Source: Tubiluchus corallicola (lineage: Eukaryota; Animalia; Priapulida). Taken from it: DNA of 64,000 nt. A program made the translations under genes and the position numbers. The stretch spans positions 54,814 through 118,813 of the forward strand of contig JAQGDQ010000653.1 in NCBI GenBank assembly GCA_030141605.1, written 5' to 3'. Below the pieces are notes generated by a model, which saw nothing but the letters and a program-made list of their open reading frames with translations, was not told the DNA's origin and did not search any database. This document shows, piece after piece, positions 12,800 to 26,426 of the stretch (positions are counted from its first letter, which is position 1; the number at the start of each line of letters is the position of its first letter).

Positions 12800-15480
12800 G
12801 TAGTATTCCGGGGTTACACTTTCTTGAAAGAGACTTCTCCAACCAATGCTGGTGGTGTTGGTATTTACATTAAACGAGAACTAATTTTTAATCCATCTCC
12901 TAATTAAAAATAAGCAATAGTTTAAATAAAGATAATTTTCGGACGGAAGATTATTGGCTTGAAATCGAAACCAAAACAAAAATATTGTCGTTGGAATAGT
13001 ATATAGACACCCTAACACAGATGTGCCAAGTTTCCAGGAACAACTTGATAAAACTCTTGCTGCAATTAATAAGTCTGGTAAACTTGCGAACATCTGTGGG
13101 GACTTTAACATAAATCTGCTACATCATGAAAGCAAAACTCTTGTATCTAACTATCTTGCAATGATCTATGCCAACTGCTTTTTCCCTTTAATCACCAAAC
13201 CAACTAGAATCAGCAATAGATCCAAAACTTTGATCGATCACATATATACTAATGATTTAGTGAACCCTATAACCCCTGGTATCATACTTTATGAAGTAGC
13301 AGATAATTTACCTGTTTCTGCAATTATTAACAAGTCTTGATCTAAACGAAAGAACCACAAAGTAGTAATAAGGGATAAAACTAATTTTGTAAAAGAAAAT
13401 TTTATTAGTGAATTAAACGAAGTTTTTAATGCTACCGACTATTCTACTCTACACACTAATGAAGCCTTTAATGTATTTTTTGACACCCTGAGCAGTTAGT
13501 TAATAAACACTAGCCCTTTAAGACTCTTTCTAGGCGACAAACCAAAACATATAAAAAACCATGGATAATTGCCGGACGTTTAAAATCAATAAAGACTAAA
13601 AGTAAATTATATAAAACATAAATTTTCTAACAACCTGTATAAAGAAAATTAGTACAAAACTTACTCTAATACGTTAAATCATACTAAAGAGAATGCTAAA
13701 AAACAATATTAGAAGAACCTACTGGAAACCAATAAAAACAACACTAGAAAGACTTAGCTAACCATAAAAACAAAGATGCCATCTTACCTAATAAAATTAA
13801 AGTCTGTGGAATGGAAACAAGTAACCAGACAGTTATATGTGATGCTTTCAATGAACACTTTACCTCTGTAGGTAATAAATTAGCTACTAAAATCCAAAAA
13901 ACTAACACTAGTCATAATGACTTTCTTAAAAACCCTGTACAAAACATATTTTTCATTGCCCCAATTCATGAACAGGAAATTGTTAATGAGATAAATAACC
14001 TTAATAGTAATAAATCTTCAGGACCAGATGAGATACCAATCCAATATTACAAAATAATTAGTTATGTACTTTCTCCTCTGCTAACTGACCTATTTAATAA
14101 ATCAGTTGCAGAAGCTGTATTCCCTGATAAGCTAAAAATTGCTAAAATTGTTCCAATATACAAAGCTGGATCACCAAATGAATTAAATAACTATAGACAT
14201 ATTTCGTTGCTTTCCCCAATATCAAAAATTTTTGAAAAGTTACTATATAATCGTCTTGACCTTTTCTTAACAAAATTTAACATACTAACGGATTTTCAGT
14301 TTGGTTTTCGCAAAACATACTCTACTGCTCTTGCTACATCTGAATTAGTTGATAGAATACTAGAAAATGTTGATAATAAATTGTATACGTGCAGATTATT
14401 TCTGGATCTACAAAAAGCATTTGATACTGTCCAACACAATATAGTAATCGATAAACTTAACCACGATGGTATAAAAGGTCATGCACTTGAATTCTGTGCT
14501 TCCTATCTTACGAATTGCAAACAGTTTACTGCCATTGGGGATACAAAATCTAAATTGGCTCAAGTCACATGTGGGATTCCTCAGGGCTCTACCTTAGGAC
14601 CATTACTATTTTTATTGTATATTAATGACCTCCCTGATTGTACTAACCTTGATACACGGATGTTTGCGGATGATACTAACCTATTTATGGCTGGACCTGA
14701 TATCCATAATCTACAAAATACTGTCAATCAACAATTAAATAAAATTGATACCTGGTTAAAAGCAAATAAACTAACATTAAACTATCAAAAAAACTAAGTT
14801 TATTCTCTTTTCAAATCAAAAACCCAATCCAGATGTAGACAACTTCCAAATTAATATTAATAACATAAGTATTAGTCGGTCCAATGATATAAAATATCTG
14901 GGTGTTTTTATTGATAGCAAGCTCAACTGGAGTACACATATAAAACATATAACGTATAAAATTAGTAAAATAACGGGATTATTTTTTAAACTTCGGTACT
15001 ACCTAGATATGCAAGCTTTGAAATTAAAATATTACGGACTAGTTTTTCCCAACTTACATGGGGATCAGCCAACAAAACTGTAATACAGAATGTTGCTGTA
15101 CCTCAAAACAAAATTGTAAAAGCTGTCTGCTTTGCTGGTTTCAGGGACCATGCAACACCTTATTATAATCAACTAAGAATTTTAAAAATAATTGATATCT
15201 ATAACCTAGAAATGGTTAAAATTGTTTTCAAATTTAAGAATCATAAGCTACCCAAACTATTTAATGGATACTTGAGCGAATCTTCAGCTTTGCATAATTA
15301 CCAAACGCGCTTTGCATCAAGTAATACTTACAGTGCAATACAACCAAAGCACAACGTTCGCTCAAGTACCAAGGCCCACGAATTTGGAACTCTATTCCTC
15401 AGAAGTTCAAAAACAAATCTCTTAATTACCTTGTCTCAAACTACAAAAACATGCTTATTTCTCTACATACCTAGTCTTGG
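12800..15480 (+). mobile_element. Decayed LINE (CR1/L2-group) ORF2: AP endonuclease plus reverse transcriptase
   Basis: GYTFL..TNAGGVGIYIK, CGDFNINLL, TLIDHIYTN, then RT motifs FLDLQKAFDTV, GIPQGSTLGPLLFLLYINDL, MFADDT, KYLGVFID. Multiple stops and frameshifts. Confidence 0.92.
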
Positions 15481-15769
15481 AATTGTTCACACAACTAAAA
15501 CTGAAAATACTATTTTCCACTCAAGTTGAACTCACCAAACCGTATATACATATGAAAGGTAAAATCTTACTTATTATTTGTGCTGAAGATCTAAACCCCA
15601 ACTTACAGTGATACTAACCATGAATTTTGCTACAGAAATAGTAATAATGCCATCTTTACATATATTATTGCACTGCTACTTCTGAAATTGTACTTTACAT
15701 TATAAGTCTATACCCCAATCGCCTGCTAGTCTTAATAACTTTGGTTTTTTTCTAGGTATGCATATTTAT

Positions 15770-15876
15770 GTGTATATGTATATGTATGTGTATATGCACT
15801 TAAATAAGAGCATGTATCTAATTATGTATATAATATATGTATGTGTGTGTGTGTGTGTGTGTGCGTGTATGTGTGT
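15770..15876. repeat. (TATG)n/(GT)n simple repeats after the LINE
   Basis: TATG and GT runs visible. Confidence 0.75.
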
Positions 15877-16373
15877 AGAAAATAGTACTATTATAATAAT
15901 GTAATTTTACAGCAGATAGAGGCCTCATGACTATCTAGATGCCTTATTGGAAATGTGTCATATGCAGTACTAACATGTAAATGAAAGTTGTGAGGTAAGG
16001 CAATTCTTTTTGCATAAATCTACACATCTGTATGTGCATTGCTTAGCATATCAACATTATATGTATTTATTATGACTTTATGTCCTTGATATGAATGTTC
16101 AAATTTAAACCTAAATCTCAATACTTTTATCTTAGTACACTCACCTTTCCTTTACTTACTTAAGCAACTTGGTATGCTCCATATGTAAACTTTATGCTCC
16201 ATTTATCACACCTTATTCTGAAATCTTCGTCAAGATAAGTGCGCATATAATTAATTACTAGTTTTTTTAGTTTTAAGTAACTGTTAGTTTTTCACCACCC
16301 TTTCACCAATCACTTGAATATCATTAACTCAGATAATTTATTCTGAATTAACTCAGAAGACTGAGTCAAAACT

Positions 16374-17201
16374 TTAGATAAGTCTAGCTACTTCACTAAG
16401 TATGATACCAGAAACTATGTGGTTCTGATATGAGTTTGTATAGAAATGGTCTATAAGCGTTTGTGAGGTATGAGTAATTCTGGTCGGATATGTTATTAAG
16501 GGTGTATAGCAATTTGTAAATAGCATGTTAAGATAATCATTTACTTGTGATTTTTGTTCATACTGTAGTAGATTTATGTTTGTGTCACCGCAGATATATG
16601 CGGTCCTTCCAGATCTGTTTATTTTAGATAAGACTCTTTCAGCCTCTTCCCGAAAGTGCTGTAGTGAAGTGTTTGGGTGTCTGTAGATGACCCCAAAAAT
16701 GACTGGTTTGCAGTTTTTTGCTGTTTTTAATTCTAGCCAAAGTTGCTCTACCTGTATCCTACTGGTCAAATTATTTTGTGTTTTTGTAGCAGCTATTTGA
16801 TAGTCTGTGTTTACTGAAAATGAGATGTTTCGTTTTATGTAGATTCCTACCCCACCAGCATTTGTTTGTGAATTTACATTTAAAAATAAATAACCTGGTA
16901 TATCACAAAGAAATGCTGTGTTGCTTTGTAGTTTTGTTTCAGAAATGGCGATAGCATCTGGTGGGTTATCCTCAAAATGTGCTAATACATCAAGCATGTT
17001 TGAGAAGTTTTTTGACAGACTTCGGGTATTAAAATGTATAAAGAACATGTCATTTTTGTTTACAACTAAATCAGAGTTCTGTCTCAAAGCAGCGAGCTTG
17101 TAGTATTTGCACATATTGAAGTTTGTGTAATGATCTGGATCCTGTTCATCATATTCATTTGAGGTGGAAACTGATGATAAATTTTTCAAAACATTGCTCA
17201 T
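16374..17201 (-). mobile_element. LINE ORF2 N-terminal AP-endonuclease fragment, same group as the 12.8-kb copy but opposite orientation
   Basis: 275-aa open frame with HFNTRSL, ISETKL, NAGGVGIYIK, GVIYRHP, CGDTNINLL, TLIDHFYTN. Truncated just before the final SDH motif. Confidence 0.88.
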
Positions 17202-17234
17202 TTGGCTTGCACTGACTTACAAAGTAAGTCAACT

Positions 17235-17870
17235 ACTATATCAATGCAGTATGCTGATGATGTGGCATGGATTACAAGAAACAAAGAAGAAGTAGATGAA
17301 ATAAAAAACTCAATAGAGGAGAAACTGAACAGAATGGATCTCGTTGTAAACAAAAATAAAACTTAGGAGTTTCATATAACACGCCATGGTGATGAATCAT
17401 GGCAAAGATGCAGGTATCTCAGTAGTCTCCTGGCAACAGAAGACGACATATCAAGACGGAAGATAAAGGCATTATCAGCTTACTCAAAACTCACAAAAGT
17501 TTTTGAGAATAGGAAGATTTCTTTGGAAACAAAAATTAGAACATTCTCAGCCTTAGTTGAAACTGTATTTCTATATAACTCTGAGCTCTGGACATTTAAA
17601 GCAAATCATAAAGCTGAAATCGATGCGTTTCAAAAGCGAAATTACAGAAACATTTTGGGTATTAGATGGCCAAAGAAAATTTCAAACAAAGATCTATACG
17701 AAAAAATAAAAGAAGAACCTTGGACAAGAAAAATAAAAAGACGCCGTTTAAGATGGATTGGGCATATGCTTAGACTACCTGATGACGTTCCAGTGAAGAT
17801 AGCTATTCAACAAGCCATAGAACCAGCTAAAAAACATGCAGGAGAACAAATGTTAACATATTTAGATTCG
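17235..17870 (+). mobile_element. RTE-like LINE RT/C-terminal fragment
   Basis: QYADDVAW at ~17247, VFLYNSELWT, RRRLRWIGHMLRLP; stop codons present. Confidence 0.8.
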
Positions 17871-18994
17871 CACTTTTGTTTTGTGTCACGTGTCTGTTCA
17901 ACACGGGAGATCTCTATAAGGCTATGATTGATTAAAAGTTTCCTGTAATAAGTGGCAGCGACGCCAGGGGCAGGGGTTGAGACAGTCTAAGCCGACCACG
18001 CTGCGGACCGGATCGGACCAAAATCCGTATTCTTTTTCCGGACCGAAAGGATGCGGATATACTATTGAAAATAAGGAAATGCGGAATAAAATGAGAGATG
18101 CGTTTTTTAATTTTTATTAATGTTATTCTGCGTAGATAACAATGTGCGCATTGCAGAAAGAAAACGACGAACTGACACTCATCACAATAAGCTACTAGGT
18201 TGAATAACAATCAAATGAAAAATGTAGCTGCATTAAGAAGTAACAGCAGGAGTAAAATCTTTTATTTGTTATTAAAAACACTATGTTAAAATGATAAAAA
18301 TAACGTCAGTCAGAGAATAATGTTCTTATATTCCTTCTCACTGCAATTAAGCAACGAAAAGCAAACCACCCAGTGGACGCTGTGCAGCAAGGTGCAATTT
18401 GCACGGATATAATATTTTTGTTTATTTAAACCAAGGTTTGCTAAATTCAGATTAAAAATTATGCGGATTTGAATTTGAAATAGCCACGTAGGCAGGACAC
18501 GGATCAGCACTTATCGCGAGTTTGTTCCGCACGAAACCCTGTTAAAAAATGAGGATCCAGCGGACTACGGATTTCAAGTGTCAAATTCTTGCGGATTGGG
18601 AAACTAGTCGATTTGGTGCCCTGGATTGAGGGGTTTGTGAGACGAACAAGCGGCGAGTCCGGTATTAATAAGATTTACTAATTCAAAACGCACTAAAACT
18701 GTTATTAAAATATTACGCTAGATTTTTAACGAATTTGCGGTAATAAAAACAGGTAATGCTAATTTATTTATTTATTTGCATTGCATTTGGTCCGGCCCAT
18801 TTGCTGCCAACATGCACGTGTTTTGACTTTACTAGCAGTGTCTTACTAGGAGTGTTCTCTTTTTTATTCAGTTATTAAAATTAAGGGGTCTGCTTAATGT
18901 TATTTTGTAGCAGTCTGACAAAATCATTGTGGGGTATCTTCAGAGTTCGCTCAGCAGATATCCCACGGAAGCTAGTATTATATTTGTTGCATTT

Positions 18995-20080
18995 CAAGAG
19001 TTTTAAGAGTTTATTCATTTCCACATTGCATCTTACAATTATCATTAAAATACAGATAATTATCCATTTAAGTAAATATAAATATAAATATGAATAAATG
19101 CACTATTATCGAGAAATTACAGAATGCGGGATATACATGTGCAAATTTCATTACAGAATAATTTTGATGCATACAGTTTGAGCCTAAAAGCATAGCTTGA
19201 CAGGCCAAACTGTACGTGGAAATCTAAAAAAAAAAGTAGGGGGGGAATAGTGAATGAAAGATGAAATGGAGCAAGAACTAAGAAAAACTGTGATCATGGT
19301 TACAAAGTGTTCAGTAACCTGTTGAGCATAGTCACGTTATATTAAGATTACTGTGGAAAAAAATGCAGGTTATTACCATTATCAAATTGTGTTACTCTTA
19401 ATACTTTTGAAATATTTCTTTTCTGACGGTTTTTTTAAAAGTTAAAAGGGAGTGACTACATTTCGAATTGCGGTTTAGTCTGTTCCATAGGACTGGTCCC
19501 ATATAGCTAATGAAGTGTTTCGCCATATTTGTTCTACAACGTCTTGGTATATGTTCATTGTGTCTGGTATTGTATTTTTTTTACATTTATCTTGACTGGA
19601 TTTTCAAAAAAAGTTGGAAATAAGTTGTTGTTGGTTCTATACATGTATATACATCCATTAAAATTAATAACATTATCCAGAAGTAATATTTCACATTGCT
19701 TAAAATGTGTAGTAGTAATTGTGCTCCTTTTGTCTAGTTTGAAGATGACACGTAAAAATTTTCGTTGTAAAACTCTTAAGCATTCTAAATTTGTAGTATA
19801 AGTAAAGCCCCATAATGTTGTGCAGTAATTTAAATATGATAATATTAAACTGTTGTATAATGTTAGAAGATGTTCGGTGTTCAGAAAGTTTTTAATATAT
19901 GAGATGATACCTATATTTTTTGATATTTTCAATCTGATCATGTATATATGTGGTCGCCAGTCTAGATGCTCATTCAGTATTAATCCCAGAAATTTCAGTT
20001 CTTTTACACGTGTAATTCTTTTATGGTCTATTATTAAATCGTGGTTCGCCTGAATTGGTTTATTTAGACCACTTAAACCT
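18995..20080 (-). mobile_element. 5'-truncated LINE (CR1/L2-group) with its 3' end
   Basis: KFLGLILNEHLDWRPHI, LLTLYNSLILSYLNYC..WG, LQRKFLRVI. The 3' UTR has a stem-loop at 19172-19214 (TACAGTTTG...CAAACTGTA), and on the minus strand AATAAA is followed by a short AAACTCTT tail repeat near 19000. Confidence 0.8.
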
Positions 20081-22520
20081 GTGAAAGAACTGTAGAAGCA
20101 GTTTTTCTTTATTTTGAATTTGCCTAGTTCTTCAGTTATTATGACAATTATTAAATATTATTACGATATCTACAAATTGGGAACATTCGAGTTACATTAT
20201 AAGGATGTCAATGGCCATATTATACTAGTATCTGTTGTGTTATGTCTGCTGTTCACAGAAATCTTGCAGCTATTGATTTCTTTACAAAAATGTGATAGTC
20301 TGGATTATATTAGCATGTGTGATTAGCACTTATGGAAAATTTGGAAGAAGTTTGTTCTATAAAGTCCTTGGTATGGTAAAAGGAAAATTTGTAATATAGT
20401 TGAATCAGCAGTCACACAGCACTCGCAGGTTACTAACGGATGATGGTAAGACTATATTAAACGCACCCATGCTTTATCTCCTACTATCAATATTTCTGAG
20501 CTAATACCTTTAACACATTTAATACCTCAGCAGCTCTATTCTTTGCTATAATTGCATTTATCGCATAAGCCTTACTGTGTATTTAAAAAACTCTTGATGA
20601 TTGAAGGTGGTTTAATTTTTGATGAAACTAACCTTAGGTCACAATAAAGATACTTCTGTTTTCATCTAATCATCCAGGTAATATTTTTTTAAACAATTAT
20701 AAAATTGTTTATATATAATTATAATTATAAACACCTGGCCAGGAATTTTATAATATTTATGTACGTTCACACGTATAAAAGCGTATTTTTTAATTAACGC
20801 AGGAATTAGTATAACAGAGTTGTTTCAGCGAGGATGCAGCCATGTTTTTCTATGACTAACTCTCTGCCAAACCCAACTGTTTTGTATAATGCTGATATAG
20901 GAGACTAAATAGCATCATATTTTCCACTAAATCAGAGTATTAATGGCCGAGTGATCTTGCCGCTTAAACCATAATTATCAGAACGTGCGTTCATACTATA
21001 CAAAAAAGAGACTGTACGATAATTGATAAATGTACAATAATTTAGTAATACAATTTAACAAAAAAGTGAAAGAAGTGCATTGAAAAAATTTAAAACATTA
21101 CTGCTAACCAGTAGGAAATAAACAAACTTTGATTTCAACTGATTTTAAATATTCCACATTTCCACAAAACTTCGGAAACTTCTTCTCTCCATACTGACAT
21201 CTTTTGAGCTCGTTAGGTAAGAGAAACAATTTTTTTGTAGCCAGACCTTAACGTGTGACAGACCAACATGTTATTATGACATTAATGATATGGAACATAA
21301 AAACTTAAAAATGGGTCATGGCATTACTGATTGTGTGAAAAAAACTGGTAATATTGATTTTGGTAATTATGCTAACACACTTTTCTCTTTAAATAGTGGC
21401 ACTAAAACACAAATTATTAAACCAGCTTAAATGGAGAATGTTCTAATAATGCAGATTAGGCATTAATAATAATAATAATTAATAACATGTCCTGAAAGAA
21501 TACTAATAATTTAGCACACTGAAGAGCCTAGTGAACGATGATGTGTGTAGTGAGACCGGAACCTGGCTGCCAATATTAAAGGGGAAGAAAAGGGCATTTT
21601 AAATCATATCACAAAAAACTGCGTATAAAGTTATATTACTCAGCATTTTGCTTATAAATGTGTTTGAAAGTCTCACATAATTGAAAAAGAAAGAATATTT
21701 GTCTGGAAATTTTATGTCACGTACATACTGTCTTATTGCATATAGGGCTTACAGTAGCAGTAACGTTGAATAAACTTCTAAATATAAATTCCTGTGATGA
21801 CCGTTAGACACAGCCATATTAACTGTAAGTCACTTGGAACTTCTTTTAGATAATTTGTATAAAGTTTGAAAAGTTAATCAGAGCATTCGTAGCACACTCT
21901 TCGCTAACACTGAACAAAAGTTTAAATGACATTATATTGTCAATAACATGAATAATATGTGTTTTGGTGAATCCATGGTACACACTGGGATGGTGATGTA
22001 GTGCAGTTCTACCAGATGGCGTGAATAAGTCTTTCAAACATGTAAGCATAATGTAATGCATATAGGCCTGACTTTGTATGGAAAATTTTTGGGATATACT
22101 TTAAAATCCCCTTCTTTGCTACTCAAGAAGCTACTCAAGAAGCAGTGCAAGTTTCTTTCACAATGTTGGATTTGCAAGTTTCGAATCCTTTTTTCAGCAA
22201 TATGTAGCACAGAATTGTTATTTGCTCACAAGACTTTGGCTGATATGAGTATTATGCAATTACCCACTTGTAATGATATGCTGAGGCTCGCAGTATTCAA
22301 CATTAGAGAGAGCCACATAGTCAAGTCAAAATTGTTAAAAAGTAGAAAGTATAAAGATCATTAACATATCTAAGTTGCATCTCCTCTGGCAAACTGGAAC
22401 TTATCAATACTGGAGAGTATGTTGACACAAGGTTTGGTCACCGTATCATCAATTTTGTTATCTTTGTGTAAGTGAACTACAATCATGAGCCTTTCCTGAA
22501 GTCTTATTTCTTACAGAACA

Positions 22521-23786
22521 ATGACTGTTGGAACATTAGCTGGGAAAACTCTCTTTATCACAGGAGCCAGCCGCGGGATTGGAAAATGTATTGCACTCCG
22601 TGCTGCAAGAGATGGCGCTAATATTGTGGTGGCAGCCAAAACTGCAGATGCACATCCCAAACTGCCAGGTACCATTTTCACTGCAGCAAAAGATATTGAG
22701 AATGTTGGCGGAAAGTGCCTTCCATGTGTTGTTGATGTAAGAGAAGAAAGTCAAGTAGAAGAAGCTGTAGATAAAGCAGTAAAATTGTTTGGAGGCATTG
22801 ACATTGTTGTGAACAATGCCAGTGCAATTAATCTTCAAGGAACTAGGGATCTTGAAATGAAAAGATATGATTTGATGATGGACATTAATACGAGAGGTAC
22901 ATACCTGGTTTCTAAAGTCTGCATTCCCCATTTATTAAAGTCTCCAAATCCTCACATATTGAACATCAGTCCTCCACTGAATATGGCACCTCATTGGTTT
23001 AAGAATCATGTTGCATACACGATGGCAAAATATGGCATGTCAATGTGTGTTTTGGGAATGGCAGAAGAGTTTGCTGAGAGTGGGATTGCTGTAAATGCTT
23101 TATGGCCAAAAACTGCAATTCTCACTGCTGCCATGGAAATGCTTGGTGGGCCTGATGTATCCAGCCAGTGCAGAAAGCCTGAAATAATGGCTGATGCTGC
23201 TTACGCAATTCTAAACAAACCCAGCAAATCTTTTACTGGAAAATTTGTTATTGATGAAGAAATTCTGAAGGACGAAGGTGTAGCAGATTTTGAACAGTAT
23301 GCGTGCGTCCCTGGGTCTGCACTTTTGCCAGACTTTTTCTTGGATGTTCATCCAGATGAGGTGAGAAAGCTAATTGAAACACAGGCAGGAACCTCAAGCA
23401 GTACTGAGGAACAAAGCAAAGTGGGCAGTGAAGATGATGAGAGCATGGGTGATGATGCAGTTGCTCAAGTGTTCAAGCAAATAAAGGGCTTATGCAATGC
23501 AGATTTAGTGAAGTCAATAAATGCTGTTTATGTCTTTGACTTGAAGGAGGATGGCAGGTACTTCATTGACCTCAAGAATGCAGAGGGTTCAGTTGGCCAA
23601 GGTGAGCCAGAGATGTGCGACACAACTATGACCCTTACCAGTGAAAATTTTCTAAAGATGTTTCAGGGCAAGCTAAAGCCAACAGTGGCATTTATGTCTG
23701 GAAAACTGAAAATCAAAGGAGACATGGGAAAAGCTATGAAGCTTGAGAAGTTAATGGGTAAAATGCATACTGCATCTAAACTGTAG
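22521..23786 (+). CDS. HSDL2: Hydroxysteroid dehydrogenase-like protein 2 (SDR domain, acidic linker, SCP2 domain, PTS1)
   Basis: TGASRGIG, HPKLPGTIF, NNASAI and YTMAKYGMS motifs; C-terminal SCP2 signature AFMSGKLKIKGDMGKAMKL; ends in SKL. CDS is intronless, with acceptor TTCTTACAG 4 nt before the ATG. Confidence 0.96.
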   Translation: MTVGTLAGKTLFITGASRGIGKCIALRAARDGANIVVAAKTADAHPKLPGTIFTAAKDIENVGGKCLPCVVDVREESQVEEAVDKAVKLFGGIDIVVNNASAINLQGTRDLEMKRYDLMMDINTRGTYLVSKVCIPHLLKSPNPHILNISPPLNMAPHWFKNHVAYTMAKYGMSMCVLGMAEEFAESGIAVNALWPKTAILTAAMEMLGGPDVSSQCRKPEIMADAAYAILNKPSKSFTGKFVIDEEILKDEGVADFEQYACVPGSALLPDFFLDVHPDEVRKLIETQAGTSSSTEEQSKVGSEDDESMGDDAVAQVFKQIKGLCNADLVKSINAVYVFDLKEDGRYFIDLKNAEGSVGQGEPEMCDTTMTLTSENFLKMFQGKLKPTVAFMSGKLKIKGDMGKAMKLEKLMGKMHTASKL

Positions 23787-26426
23787 AAGGGTGGAGATTA
23801 ATGGTGATGCCAAATTAGAATTTTTGCATCCATTTTAGTTGAATCATGAGTAAATTTTCCCTAAAAAAGCATTCAGCAAATTGAAGGTAATCAGTGAATC
23901 AGATTGTTATATACAAACTTGCAGAAAATTATATCTTAGTGCTAAGCTGACAAGTGAATTGTACTATGTTCTTTTTACATTTGCTTCGTGTTCACTAATC
24001 ATGATGCTATATTTAACAGACACATAGGCCTATCAGCTAACACAACCTTTGAGCTGACAACGAAAAGATAAGAACATAGGTAAAGTAAATAAGTCATTAT
24101 ATCTGTTCTGGTTTGGAAGTAATTAGGTTTCTATTAGCATAGCTGTAGCAGTGTCTGTGGGAGCTTTCTCAATACACTAGATTTTTTTATACAAATTTTT
24201 TGAGAATAATTAGAAACGGTTAAACATTTTGGCCAAAAACCATAATAGTTGTTAAATAATTTTAATAATTAAAGTAATTATATTTGTCTGTATTAAAGTT
24301 TGTAAATTCAGTGAAGTTTTGTAGATTTGGCAAAAAACAATAAATTTAGCTCACCAGTAGGATACTGATGTTTTATATCACCTACTGATAAGTTATTCAT
24401 GAATAATTTTAAAAATCTTAGTAAACTGCCTCTAATTTGTGAACAGGAAAAATGGGTTTATATTACCTGCAGGTACATTGTCAATGAGTAAAGGAATGGT
24501 TTAAGCCCTTGAGTCCACTTTGCCTACATTTGCCATGGAAATGGTGCACACATGGTTTATGCCATTGAATCCATGTTGCTGCAGTTACTTACTTAGAGAA
24601 CAAACTCAAAATAAACCTATCTTTCAGTATAGAGCAGGTTTATCATTTTTATGTTGTCAGCTTCTTCAGTTAACAGTTTGTATCTGTATCTGCACAGCCA
24701 ATAATTTTGAAGTTCTTTTAGAACTGTCACGATGATATTTCGTTGAATGGATTCTGTATTACTAGCTGTTTACTGTTCAGGTCTTTGTATTCATGGATTC
24801 TCATCCTAAAATCTAAATTTCTTGAGTCTGACTGAAAACATCAAGGCCATATGTTAATGTATGCATAATGTGTCTGATATCTTAAAGTGCTGAGGAGCAT
24901 TTTACAGTATTGTGATGATAAATTTACATGTTCTGTCGATGAGCACATATTTTATTAAGCTTTTTCAAGTCAGCAAATATTATGACTTTGTAGAACTTAC
25001 TAAACCATTTAATGCAAAAAGAAATACTTTGTTGATTTGTATACAGTGAATAAAATTTCTATATTTGTATTTTATGTAGTTCCCTGCTTTATGTGTAAAA
25101 AACAATATTTATCACCAAAGTATTTTTACTGTCATTCAATTTCTACAAGTTATTTGGCACTCAGACCATATCTTTTGTAAATTAATTGCTTATATTTAAG
25201 CTTCTCAACCGACAAATTTACACTTTTAGGAATTTGCAGAGATATGTGGTCACTAGTAGGCTTAGAAAGTGTCCAATGTCTTGTAACTCAGTGACAGTTC
25301 CAACAGAATTTATATCTCATATTTGATGGAATATCTCATATATGATGGACGATCATATTCTCAGGATTGGGTTTGTCCGTCCATGTATGAACTATGAACC
25401 AAAATTGGTAATTCCTAATCTTAAGGTAACGATTTTGGGTTAAACCACTTGCCTTTATCGTATTGTTAAAGTTATTTTAAGTTGCGATATACCCATAGCT
25501 GTTCAAAGCAACCTGAGTGACTCATTTAACACCAGTACAAACAAACTCGATAATTAACATAAAGCAAGACGATCAATATAGTTTTAATCATAATTATGAA
25601 AACTGCAACAAAGCATGCCTTTTCTGTAAGCAATAAAAATGCAAAAGTACCAAGCATAAATCATAACCACATATGAAAAATTTTGGCGGCATTGCAACCT
25701 GAATTGCATGTGAATTTTATGTTTGTATACTATGTAGGCCTTACTATACAATCATTTGACCATGTAAACTTATTGCACTAATTGCATAAATCTGTGCCGT
25801 TTCGTATAACAGAAATTTGCCAGTGATATGACAACACAAAAAAGTGTAAATGCTTTATTTGCTTTGAGCAGTACCTGCATTATGAGTGGCATGTTGTTTA
25901 CAGAGTGACTGCCACAACTAGAATGATCGTGACAATCCTTAGATATCATTAATTTAATAATGCTTGTGCAAGTAAGACCTCAGTTAGCTGTCTGCGTATT
26001 GAAGTTAATGAATTTATAAGCTGCTCAACTGTAGCAGCGTACTGCCTGTTATCTGTGACAACAGATTCTTTTAGATCATTTATTGTTTCTGTTTCTCATG
26101 AGTTCAAGTTGTTCATATAGTTTACCAGTTGCAAGTCATTCGAATGAAATGCCAGATAGTGGAAAGAAAATAAAGGGGCGTGCTGTGCAGGAAAATAATA
26201 ATCAGCAAAACTCAAATATACAATGCATAAAATGTCATCTGACTGTCAAAGATGACTCGAATCAAAAGCAGCCAAAAAAGAGGGAAATCATTAGCTTAAC
26301 TAACTTGCAGCTTTCTCAGCAGGCAGACTTTAGTCACATGGGCATCAATTTTGTTACCTTTGAATAAGTTAAACTGGGACCACATAGTCTTATAATTTAA
26401 CATAGTCAGCAATTTCTTACAGGCCA

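Noticed and set aside
16374-17201. Domesticated stand-alone AP endonuclease gene
   Set aside because: The frame is open but breaks off before the last catalytic (SDH) motif and abuts other TE fragments; a recent truncated LINE is the simpler explanation.
17970-18810. GCGGA/CGGACC-rich segment resembling a non-autonomous DNA transposon
   Set aside because: No matching TIR pair or TSD could be established.
21200-22060. Very degraded minus-strand LINE RT-like traces (YHGFTK etc.)
   Set aside because: Too fragmentary to delimit or classify.
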